From assembly GCA_035940855.1 (NCBI GenBank), contig DASZEM010000010.1:907-64906 (forward strand): 64,000 nt of DNA, read 5' to 3'. Origin of the DNA: Thermoanaerobaculia bacterium (GTDB lineage Bacteria; Acidobacteriota; Thermoanaerobaculia; Multivoradales; UBA5704). Positions 42,985 through 51,375 of this stretch are shown piece after piece. The stretch's first letter is position 1, and each line of letters opens with the position of its first letter. A model generated the notes under the pieces. That model saw only the letters and a list, made by a program, of their open reading frames with translations, was not told the DNA's origin and did not search any database. A program made the position numbers and the translations under genes.

Positions 42985-43758
42985 TCAACGCTCGATCGTG
43001 GAAAGGTTTTCCTGCACGGAGCCACCGCGGAAAGCCACTCCGGCGGCCCACAGGATGCCTCCCAGGAGATGCCGCTGGAAAGAGGGTTTGGTGTAGGTCT
43101 CGGAGTTGTGGCCCAGGTTCGTATACCAGGCCCGGCCTTTGCCGACGGCGCGGCTCCAGGCGATGGGATGATCGCTGCCCATGGCGCCGATGCCAGGGTC
43201 GTAGCTCCTCTCGTCGATTGTGAGGAGCACCTTGGCCGCGCCGCGGGGATTGACCCGGAAGTTGTACCACTCGTCGGTGAAGGAAAAGCTCGCCGGATAG
43301 TGCCGGGTGGACGGATGATTCGCGTTCTTCACGCGGATCGTGGCCGTCTGGATCGGCGGATGGCTCAGGAACCAGGCGCCTCCCAGGAGTTGGCCGTAGA
43401 AGGGCCAGTCGTACTCGGTATCGGCCGCCGAATGCACGCCCACCCAGCCGCCTCCCTTGCGGATGTAACCCTCGAAAGCCGACTGCTGATTGGCGTTCAG
43501 GACGTCGCCCGTGGTGTTGAGGAAGACGACGGCCCGGTAGGGCCTGAGGCCCCGGGCCGTGAAGACCGAGGGATCTTCGCTGGCGTCGACGCGGAACCCA
43601 TTGGCTGCTCCCAGCGTCTGAATCAGAGCGATCCCGTCGGGGATCGAATCGTGGCGGAAGCCCGTGGTCTTGGAAAAGACCAGAACGCGGAAGTCCTTGC
43701 CGGAGGCCGGCGCGAAGGCCGGGAGCAGCAGGGCGAGGATGAGGAGGCGCAAGGCCAT
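42985..43758 (-). CDS. secreted ThuA-like domain protein
   Basis: VLVFSKTTGFRHDSI, FLNTTGD, VGVHSAADTE, DEWYNF, DHPIAW, YTNLGH. Confidence 0.88.
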   Translation of the reverse strand: MALRLLILALLLPAFAPASGKDFRVLVFSKTTGFRHDSIPDGIALIQTLGAANGFRVDASEDPSVFTARGLRPYRAVVFLNTTGDVLNANQQSAFEGYIRKGGGWVGVHSAADTEYDWPFYGQLLGGAWFLSHPPIQTATIRVKNANHPSTRHYPASFSFTDEWYNFRVNPRGAAKVLLTIDERSYDPGIGAMGSDHPIAWSRAVGKGRAWYTNLGHNSETYTKPSFQRHLLGGILWAAGVAFRGGSVQENLSTIER

Positions 43759-43924
43759 AATCAAGAGGATCTGCAGAATGGGTGCCAGGAAGGCCGTGAA
43801 GGCCCCGGTAAAGTCGCGCCCTCCGGGAACAGACCCCGCGTTCCCGCCCCAGTTGGCGTAAAATGCTCCCCTGGTTCCGCAACCCGCCCGGATCGGCGGG
43901 AGCGGCATTCAGGGGAGCCCGCCC

Positions 43925-44068
43925 GTGAGAAAACGACCCTTTGACGTCGATCAGACCTTCGCTCGGATCGAGGAGGCCGTCCGTCTGTTCCCGAAAAAGC
44001 TCCCGCGATGCTCGACCTGCCCCGTGCTGGACATGTGCCTGCAGGTGGGCGTGACGAAGCATCGCTGA
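43925..44068 (+). pseudogene. endonuclease III remnant: N- and C-termini fused in frame (47 aa)
   Basis: MRKRPFDVDQTFARIEEAVRLFPK|KLPRCSTCPVLDMCLQVGVTKHR*; N-part homologous to the 34860 copy. Confidence 0.75.
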
Positions 44069-44074
44069 GCGTCG

Positions 44075-44509
44075 TCAGGGAACGAGCGGGTTGCGCGTCT
44101 TCAGTTCCGGAAAGCGGGTGAAATCGCGATCGACGGACCAGAGCTCGGAGACGCCGTGGCAAAGGCAGAGAGCGGCAATGCGGGCGTCGTGCACCTTGGG
44201 GCCGGTGACCTGCCCAGAGGCGAGCAGTCGACTGAGCACCGGCCAATAGCCGGCGGACTCGCTCAACAGGATGACGCTTGGAGATGAGAGCAGGGCCGCG
44301 ACCTGCTCCAAGGCGCGCGGCAACTCCGTCGGGGGACGGTAGATCTTGGGGTGAGTGGAGATGGCCAGGAATTCGTGCACACAGGGCCAAGGGAGTGCCC
44401 AAGGTGACGTGCCCTCAGCCAACGGGCGCAGGACTCTTTGTGCCTGCTCGAACCAGGGAGAATCGCGGCGATGAGCGTAGACCAGGATGTTGGTGTCGAC
44501 CGCGATCAA
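44075..44509 (-). CDS. vapC: VapC-family PIN toxin
   Basis: IAVDTNILVYA, EFL, VHDARIAA, VDRDF; TTG start. Confidence 0.9.
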   Translation of the reverse strand: MIAVDTNILVYAHRRDSPWFEQAQRVLRPLAEGTSPWALPWPCVHEFLAISTHPKIYRPPTELPRALEQVAALLSSPSVILLSESAGYWPVLSRLLASGQVTGPKVHDARIAALCLCHGVSELWSVDRDFTRFPELKTRNPLVP

Positions 44510-44511
44510 AT

Positions 44512-44757
44512 CTAAGTCCCTCGCCCCGTGTAGATTCGGTCGCGCAACGGCTCCCAAGTCCCTTCTTCGATCTCGGGGGAGAGACCTTCACCAGCGACAC
44601 TCAGGTCAGGCCACCGGTACGATACCTTCTGTTCCCGCCGTGCCAAGGCAACCTGCAAGCCCTCCTCGATCAGAGCCCGCAGCGTCGTCCCCTCGCGCTG
44701 AGCGACCTCCCTTGTGCGAGCGAACAGATCCTCAGCGATTTCTACCGTCGTCTTCAT
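44512..44757 (-). CDS. VapB-like RHH antitoxin
   Basis: MKTTVEIAEDL..TLRALIEEGL; directly upstream of the PIN gene. Confidence 0.85.
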   Translation of the reverse strand: MKTTVEIAEDLFARTREVAQREGTTLRALIEEGLQVALARREQKVSYRWPDLSVAGEGLSPEIEEGTWEPLRDRIYTGRGT

Positions 44758-44800
44758 TATGGGTCAACCATATCATCGATATGGGTTCGAAGGGAAGGTC

Positions 44801-46027
44801 CTACTCGTACCGCAACGCCTCGATGGGATCCAGCCGCGAGGCTTTGCGGGCGGGATAGAACCCGAAGAAGATGCCGATGGCGGCGGCGAAGCCGAAGGCG
44901 AGGAGGACGGAGCTGGTGCTCACCTGCGTGGGCATGCCCGCGAACTTCGAGACCAGGCTCGGGATGAGGAGACCCAGGGCCACGCCGATGGCGCCGCCCA
45001 CGACCGACAGGGCCATGGCCTCCAGCAGGAACTGGAGGAGCACGTGCCGGCCCTTGGCCCCGATCGCCAGGCGGATGCCGATCTCCCGCGTGCGCTCGGT
45101 GACCGAGACCAGCATGATGTTCATGATGCCGATCCCGCCCACCAGGAGCGAGATGGCGGCGGCCGAGCCCAACAGGATGGAAAGGGTTTTCGACGTCTGG
45201 GCCGAGGTCGAGGCGATCTCTTCCTGCGAGCGCATGGTGAAGTCCGCGTCCTGGCCGGGCTGGATGCGGTGCCGCTGGCGCAGCAGGGCGTCGATCTCCG
45301 TCTGCGCCTGGGCCACCTGAGAGGCGGACCGCGCGGAAATCAAGACCTGGCCGATCCGCTGGCGCCCCTGGAGCTGCTTCATGACCGTGGTGTAGGGCGC
45401 GATGATTTGATCGTCCTGATCCTGACCCATCATGTTGCCGCCCTTGCGGTCGAGCACACCGACGACGCGGAAGGGGACGTTCTTGATGCGGATGGAGGAG
45501 CCCACGGCGTCGCCCGCGGGGAAGAGGCTGTCGGCCACCGTGGCGCCCAGGACGGCCACTTTCGAAGACGAGCGGACGTCGAGGTCGCTGAAGAAGTCGC
45601 CCTGCGCCACGTTCCAGGCCCGGATGAAGGGCCAGTCCACATCGACACCATAGACCGTGGTGCCCCAGTTGAGATCCCCCGCCACCACCTGCGCGCCTTC
45701 GCGAATGGAGGGCGAAACGTAAGCGACCGAAGGGGCCTCGTTGCGGATCGCCTGCACGTCTTCGACCGTGATCCGGGACTCGCCGGCGATGCGCGCTCCG
45801 CCCTGCGTCTCGGCCCCCGGGAAGAGCATGATGAAGTTGGTGCCGAGCGAGTTGATCGTGGCCTGGATGGAGCTCGAGGCGCCCGTGCCCACCGCCACCA
45901 TGGTGATCACGCAGGCCACGCCGATGATGATCCCCAGCATGGTGAGAAGCGAGCGCATCTTGTTGCGCGCGATGGCCATCAGGCCGACCTTGGCGATGTT
46001 CCACAGGCGCAGGGTGGAGAGCTTCAT
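44801..46027 (-). CDS. MacB-type ABC exporter permease
   Basis: RSLLTMLGIIIG, GGIGIMNIMLVSVTERTREIG, YPARKASRLDPIEALRYE. Confidence 0.93.
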   Translation of the reverse strand: MKLSTLRLWNIAKVGLMAIARNKMRSLLTMLGIIIGVACVITMVAVGTGASSSIQATINSLGTNFIMLFPGAETQGGARIAGESRITVEDVQAIRNEAPSVAYVSPSIREGAQVVAGDLNWGTTVYGVDVDWPFIRAWNVAQGDFFSDLDVRSSSKVAVLGATVADSLFPAGDAVGSSIRIKNVPFRVVGVLDRKGGNMMGQDQDDQIIAPYTTVMKQLQGRQRIGQVLISARSASQVAQAQTEIDALLRQRHRIQPGQDADFTMRSQEEIASTSAQTSKTLSILLGSAAAISLLVGGIGIMNIMLVSVTERTREIGIRLAIGAKGRHVLLQFLLEAMALSVVGGAIGVALGLLIPSLVSKFAGMPTQVSTSSVLLAFGFAAAIGIFFGFYPARKASRLDPIEALRYE

Positions 46028-46839
46028 CGGACCACCTCTTCCAGCTCGAGCGTTGGCGCCTCTTCCGTGGCAGGAGCGATCGTGAAGGGGAAGGCAATGG
46101 CGAGCTCGGAGTCTTCGACCGGCGTGTCCGGATGGGCTTTCGTCTGCACGATCTTCTCGTCGCGCCAGATCACGCCGTCGCGCACGTAGACCACGCGCTT
46201 GGCGTGGGCCGCGATGTCGGACTCGTGGGTGATCAGGACGACCGTCTTGCCCGCGTCGTTGAGCTCCTGGAAGATGCCCATGATCTCTTCCGACGTGCGC
46301 GAGTCGAGGTTGCCCGTGGGCTCATCGGCCAGGATGATCGCCGGATCGGTGACCAGGGCGCGGGCGATGGCCACCCGCTGCTGCTGGCCGCCGGAGAGCT
46401 GCGAAGGGTAGTGCCCCTCGCGGCCGGCGAGGCCGACCCGGGCGAGGGCCTCGCGGGAGCGGCGGACGCGCTCTTCGGTGGAGAAGCCGAAGTCGCTGTA
46501 CAGCATCGGCAGCTCGACGTTCTCCACGGCCCGCGTGCGCGCCAGCAGGTTGAAGCTCTGGAAGACGAAGCCGATCTTGGCGCTGCGGATCTCGGCTCTT
46601 TGATCCCGGTCGAGGCGCGAAACGTCCACGCCGTCGAGCTTGTAGGTGCCCGAGGTCGGCCGGTCCAGGCAGCCCAGGATGTTCATCAGCGTCGACTTGC
46701 CGGAGCCCGAGGGGCCCATGATGGCCACCATCTCGCCGCGCTCCACCGTCAGGCTGATCCCCTTCAAGGCGTGCACCTCGACCTCGCCCATCTTGTAGAC
46801 CTTCCTGAGGTCTCGGATTTCGATGACGAGATCGGCCAT
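46024..46839 (-). CDS. ABC ATP-binding protein (MacB/LolD-type)
   Basis: GPSGSGKST, LSGGQQQRVAIARAL, ADEPTGNLD. Confidence 0.95.
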   Translation of the reverse strand: MADLVIEIRDLRKVYKMGEVEVHALKGISLTVERGEMVAIMGPSGSGKSTLMNILGCLDRPTSGTYKLDGVDVSRLDRDQRAEIRSAKIGFVFQSFNLLARTRAVENVELPMLYSDFGFSTEERVRRSREALARVGLAGREGHYPSQLSGGQQQRVAIARALVTDPAIILADEPTGNLDSRTSEEIMGIFQELNDAGKTVVLITHESDIAAHAKRVVYVRDGVIWRDEKIVQTKAHPDTPVEDSELAIAFPFTIAPATEEAPTLELEEVVR

Positions 46840-46841
46840 GG

Positions 46842-48122
46842 CTAGAACCGTCCCATGGGGCCCCGCCGGCCGGCGAGCGGGGAATTTCCGGTCTGCTCGA
46901 CCTTGACGGTCTGCAGTCCCGTGACCACCGGGGCGCCCGGGTTGAGCGTGCCGGAGAGGACCTTGAGCACCTGGGTGTGGCGGCCGTCGGTGATGCCGGT
47001 CTGGATACGGACTTGGCGCAGCTCGGTCTTCTTGCCGTTCTCGCTCTTCGCGAGGACGTAGACGCTCTGCCCGCGCTGCCGGCCCGCCTTGCCGCTACCT
47101 GAGCCACCGCCCGAGCGGTTGAACCCGCTCCGGTTTCCACTCTGCTGTCCCTGCCGTCCCTGCTGTCCTTCCTGCCCTTCCTCCACCGCCGGCCGGAACC
47201 GCAGGGCGGCGTTGGGCACGAGCAGAGCGTCGCGCACCGTGGAAACCTGAATCGTCACGTCGGCCGTCATGCTGGGGCGCAGCTTGAGGTCGGGGTTCGA
47301 CACCGCGATGATCACCGGATAGGTGATGACGTTCTGGTTGACGGTGGCGTTCAGGCGCACCTGGGAGACGGCGGCCCGGAACTGCTCGTCCGGATAGGCG
47401 TCCACCGTGAAGCGCACGGGCTGGCCGACCGTCACTTGGCCGATGTCGGACTGATCGACCCCCGCCTGGACCTGCATCTTGGTCAGGTCCTGGGCGATGG
47501 TGAACAGGGTGGGAGCCGAGAACGAGGCGGCCACCGTCTGGCCCACGTCATACGAGCGGTCCACCACCTGGCCGTCCACCGGCGAGTAGATCTTGGTGTA
47601 GCCGAGGTTGGTCTTCGCCTGGCGCAATGCCGCCTGGGACTGGGCGAGCTGGGCGCGCGCCGAGTCGTAGGCCGCCTTGGCGGCGTCGAGCTCGGCCCGG
47701 GCGATCAGGCCGCTGGCGGCCAGCCGCTTCTGGCGGTTGTAGTTGAGCTGGGCGTTGGCCACCTCGATCTGCGACCGGGTCACGTCGGCCTGGCGCTGCT
47801 CCACCGTCTGGAGGAACGACGTCGGCTCCAGCTCGGCCAGGAGCTGCCCCTTCTTCACCTGGCTGTTGAAGTCCGCGTACAGGCTGGAGATGACGCCGGA
47901 GACCTGGCTGCCGACCTGGACCGTGGTGACCGCGGAAAGCGTCCCCGTGGCGCTCACCGTCGCGGAGACGTCGCCCCGGCTCACGGCTTCCGTGCGGTAT
48001 TGATCCCCGCCCTCGTCCTTCCCGCGGCGCAGGAAGAACAGACCGATCAAGACCCCCACGACCACGAGGATCGCCACGATGAGGAGCCGCCGCTGCTTGT
48101 GATTGTTGTCGAGATCGTCCAT
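46842..48122 (-). CDS. MacA-like periplasmic adaptor
   Basis: N-terminal TM; VGSQVSG..VKKGQ lipoyl-like domain; coiled coil; VPNAALRF. Confidence 0.9.
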   Translation of the reverse strand: MDDLDNNHKQRRLLIVAILVVVGVLIGLFFLRRGKDEGGDQYRTEAVSRGDVSATVSATGTLSAVTTVQVGSQVSGVISSLYADFNSQVKKGQLLAELEPTSFLQTVEQRQADVTRSQIEVANAQLNYNRQKRLAASGLIARAELDAAKAAYDSARAQLAQSQAALRQAKTNLGYTKIYSPVDGQVVDRSYDVGQTVAASFSAPTLFTIAQDLTKMQVQAGVDQSDIGQVTVGQPVRFTVDAYPDEQFRAAVSQVRLNATVNQNVITYPVIIAVSNPDLKLRPSMTADVTIQVSTVRDALLVPNAALRFRPAVEEGQEGQQGRQGQQSGNRSGFNRSGGGSGSGKAGRQRGQSVYVLAKSENGKKTELRQVRIQTGITDGRHTQVLKVLSGTLNPGAPVVTGLQTVKVEQTGNSPLAGRRGPMGRF

Positions 48123-48290
48123 GTCTTTTCGAACACCTCGGACGGGAGGAGGTTTCCCGGTCTCGGCATTCTTAACCGATTCTTTACAAGTGGGCCTTGA
48201 AATCGCCGGGATAGAAACCTCCTCCTCGCGTCATCCCGGCGGACGACCTCACAATGGAAGGTTTTGCAGGATGGGTGCCAGAGGATCGGA

Positions 48291-49391
48291 TCAGACCGTT
48301 TCCAGCCCGTACGCCTCCTCGTGCCGCCGCCGCCAGAACGGCGCGTCCGGCCACCGGCGCTCCTGGGCGTAGTGCCGCCTCTGGAGATCGAGACAACCGC
48401 CGTAGGCGTTCCGCAGGACGTCCAGGTAGGCGAGCCCGGCCTCGGGACGGCCGGCGAGCAGGTCGGCGATGGCGTGGCCCGCGTAGAAGCCGGAGCCCAT
48501 GGCCGAGCTGATGCCGTGGGAGGAGAGGGGATCGTAGGCCGCCGCCGCGTCGCCCAGGGCCAGCCAGCCGTCTCCGAGGATGGCGTCCAGGCGCGACGTC
48601 TCGGCGGGCAGGATGCGGGGCGCCTCCTCCAGGACGTAGCCGTGGTCCTCGATCCGCGCCCGGGTGATCCGCGTCCGCTCCAGCAGGAGCTGCCAGGCGT
48701 TACGGTCCAGGAGGTCCCCGTCCGTCATGAACGCCACGGCGAGGCGGCCGTCGGCGAGCAGGGCCGAGTACCACCAGCCCTCGGGCACGGCTTCCACGAG
48801 CGTGTACGTGTCGGCGTCCGGGGTGGGGCTCCGGAGCAGGGCCGCGATTCCCACGAGACGGTCGTAGCGCAGCCGCCGGGCCCCGAGCCGCCGCGCCACG
48901 CGAGCCCGCCGGCCGGTCGCGTCGGCCACGAAGTCCGCTTCCAGGACCTCGCTCGACGAACCGTTTTCGATCTCCAATCGAAACCTTTTCCCGATCCGCT
49001 CGCAACCTGCCAGCCGGCAGCCCCATCGCCACCGGGCTCCAGCGTTCCGGGCGTGCTCGGCGAGGCGGGTCTCGAAGACCTGGCGGTCCACGTGCCAGCC
49101 GTCGCCCCGCGTGCCCGTGAGGAAAGGCCGTTCCCCGGGCTTGGGCGAGCCCCAGACGAAGCGGTTCCCGAGCGAGCGCAGATGGCCGTCCTGGCCCAGG
49201 AGACCGGTCAGCCCCAGGTGATGGAGGAGGGGAGAGAGGCTGGGCGGCAGGCACTCGCCCACCTTGCGCTCCGGCGCGGCGCGGGACTCCAGGACGGTCA
49301 CGGAGATCCCGCGCCGCGCGAGGACCAGGGCGGCCACCGCTCCCGCGGGGCCGCCTCCGGCGATGAGAGCGTGGGGAGTGGTGTTGCTCAT
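48291..49391 (-). CDS. LodB/GoxB-like FAD-dependent oxidoreductase
   Basis: IAGGGPAG, VGECL, DATGR, GWWYSA, GDAAAAYDPLSSHGI, ERRWP..FWRRR. Confidence 0.8.
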   Translation of the reverse strand: MSNTTPHALIAGGGPAGAVAALVLARRGISVTVLESRAAPERKVGECLPPSLSPLLHHLGLTGLLGQDGHLRSLGNRFVWGSPKPGERPFLTGTRGDGWHVDRQVFETRLAEHARNAGARWRWGCRLAGCERIGKRFRLEIENGSSSEVLEADFVADATGRRARVARRLGARRLRYDRLVGIAALLRSPTPDADTYTLVEAVPEGWWYSALLADGRLAVAFMTDGDLLDRNAWQLLLERTRITRARIEDHGYVLEEAPRILPAETSRLDAILGDGWLALGDAAAAYDPLSSHGISSAMGSGFYAGHAIADLLAGRPEAGLAYLDVLRNAYGGCLDLQRRHYAQERRWPDAPFWRRRHEEAYGLETV

Positions 49392-49403
49392 GCTTGCGTC
49401 GCT

Positions 49404-51164
49404 TCAATTGCACGGGCCCGGATGAGCCACCGCGATCCCGATCGAGTTTGCGGCGCAGTCATTGCTGTAAGTCTTGCCATCGCAACCGCAGACCGGGATT
49501 TCGTCGAAAGTGCAGACCTCCGGCTTGTTCCGGCAAAAGCCGCCCACCGGTCCGACTCTGCAGTTCGCGGCGAGGAGGAAGTCGCAAAACTGCCCTGCCG
49601 GGCAGGGGGTGGCACCCGAAAGGCCGCAGATCCCCGGCCGCGCGGCGGGCTTGCACTTGCCGCCGCCGCCAGCGGTGTAGATTGCCGAGAAGTCCGTCTC
49701 CGTCAACGCGTGATCGAAGATCTCAAGCTCGTCCATCAACCCGCGATAGAACGAGGGCTCACCTCCGCGTCCAACGGGCGGATAGTAGCCGATGGCAAAG
49801 TTGCCAGTGAAGTGCCCTCCCCCTCCCCCGAGCGCGTCCAGGGGTGGAAAGACTTGGGCGAGTTGACCATCCACGTACAGCCGGATGACGGTGTTCTTGC
49901 CGGCGGCGTCGTGGGTGACCGTGGCGCCCACGAGATGCCAGAGCCCGTCGTTGAGGTCTGAGCATGCCGGAACCGTACAGGTGCCGTCCAGGTTGTCCAC
50001 TTGGAAGCTCAGGACGCCCTCGTTGAGGAAAAAGGAGTAGCCTACGGGAGCGTCGGCGGGGGCTGCGATGCTGCTGATCAGTGGGCTGAAGCCCTTCTGG
50101 TCCGTGCGTATCCAGGTGTCGACCGTGTAGCCGCTCCCCTGCGAAAGATCGACATCCAGCGGGCCTCCGTTCTGAACGGAGGCGAAGTCGCTGGTGCCAT
50201 TGAAAGACAGGGCGCCGCCCACCATTCCGGTGACCATCGTGGTGCCGGTGAGCGCTGCTTCGTGAGGCCCGGTAAAGTGCCCCGCGATGTCGGCGGCCTT
50301 CTTCGCCCCCTCGGGCTCGTCGAAGGGCCACCAGGCCACGGGAGTGCACCCCAAGGCCGCGCACTTGCACTTGCCGGCATTCCCGGCGCGGGCGATGTCC
50401 TCCACTTCCCGCCGGCGCAGCGCGCGGTTGAAGATCTCTACCTCGTCGATGGCGCCATCGAAGAAGCTCGAGGGCGTACCGGATAAAGCCCCCACGCGGA
50501 GTGGCGCGAAGGTGTCCAGCGGGCCGCGGTCGGCATTTACATTAAAACTGGCCACCTCTGTTCCGTCCACATAAAAGATGGCGCCGAAAGGGCCGAAGCT
50601 CTCGCGCTTCACGGTCACCGCGACGTGGTGATACTGGCCGTCCGCCACGGAAGTATGAGAGATGTAATTGTGGAACTTTCCAGTGCCGTTGCCGAGCTGG
50701 AGCCCCGGCCGTCCCCTATAGAGAAAGAAATGGTATCCGATGGCTTCGGTACCAAAAATCTCCCGCTTGTCCACGATGACCTGTACCCCGGCGACCCGCT
50801 TCGTCCGGACCCACGCGTCGATCGAGAAGTCGCCGCTGCCGAGGTTGAGAAGTGAGCTGTGGGGCACCTCCACGAAATCGTGAGAGCCATCGAAAGAGAG
50901 AGCTCCGTCGACGACACCCGACACGGGAACCGGATTTCCGACATGTTTTCCGTGTTGAGCGGTGGCGAGGTCACGAGAGGTCATGCCCTTGATCTCGTCA
51001 AAGGTCCACCACGCGATCAGTCCCTGCGGCGCTCCCACGCAGATCACCCCCGCGGGGACCGCCTCCGTCCTCACACTCTGTTTCTGCTCAGAGCCCGGAC
51101 CCGCGGGCGATGCCGATCCGGCGAGACCCAGCCACCCTGCCATGAACACGGCAAAGACAAACAT
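49404..51164 (-). CDS. secreted double LamG/pentraxin-like protein with C-terminal Kazal domain
   Basis: RBS aaggagga; two WWxFDE..FxG.IDExEIF modules; PVCGCDGKTYSNDC. Confidence 0.85.
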   Translation of the reverse strand: MFVFAVFMAGWLGLAGSASPAGPGSEQKQSVRTEAVPAGVICVGAPQGLIAWWTFDEIKGMTSRDLATAQHGKHVGNPVPVSGVVDGALSFDGSHDFVEVPHSSLLNLGSGDFSIDAWVRTKRVAGVQVIVDKREIFGTEAIGYHFFLYRGRPGLQLGNGTGKFHNYISHTSVADGQYHHVAVTVKRESFGPFGAIFYVDGTEVASFNVNADRGPLDTFAPLRVGALSGTPSSFFDGAIDEVEIFNRALRRREVEDIARAGNAGKCKCAALGCTPVAWWPFDEPEGAKKAADIAGHFTGPHEAALTGTTMVTGMVGGALSFNGTSDFASVQNGGPLDVDLSQGSGYTVDTWIRTDQKGFSPLISSIAAPADAPVGYSFFLNEGVLSFQVDNLDGTCTVPACSDLNDGLWHLVGATVTHDAAGKNTVIRLYVDGQLAQVFPPLDALGGGGGHFTGNFAIGYYPPVGRGGEPSFYRGLMDELEIFDHALTETDFSAIYTAGGGGKCKPAARPGICGLSGATPCPAGQFCDFLLAANCRVGPVGGFCRNKPEVCTFDEIPVCGCDGKTYSNDCAANSIGIAVAHPGPCN

Positions 51165-51375
51165 GATGTCCTCCTTTCGTCCGACACCGCGCCCATGGGT
51201 ATGCTCGGCGGCAGAGCCCGGCGAGGGACGAGCCCTTGGCGTGCGGAGTCTCATGAGGTTATCTCAATAAACATACGCTATTACTCTAAAATTATATGAG
51301 ATAGACCTCTGGAAAAGCAAGCTTTTCCGAAACTTGCCTTTCCGCCGTTCTCACGGGCTTCCGATCGAGAATTCC

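Noticed and set aside
48291-49391. Tryptophan halogenase
   Set aside because: No WxWxIP motif; sequence and context fit LodB/GoxB
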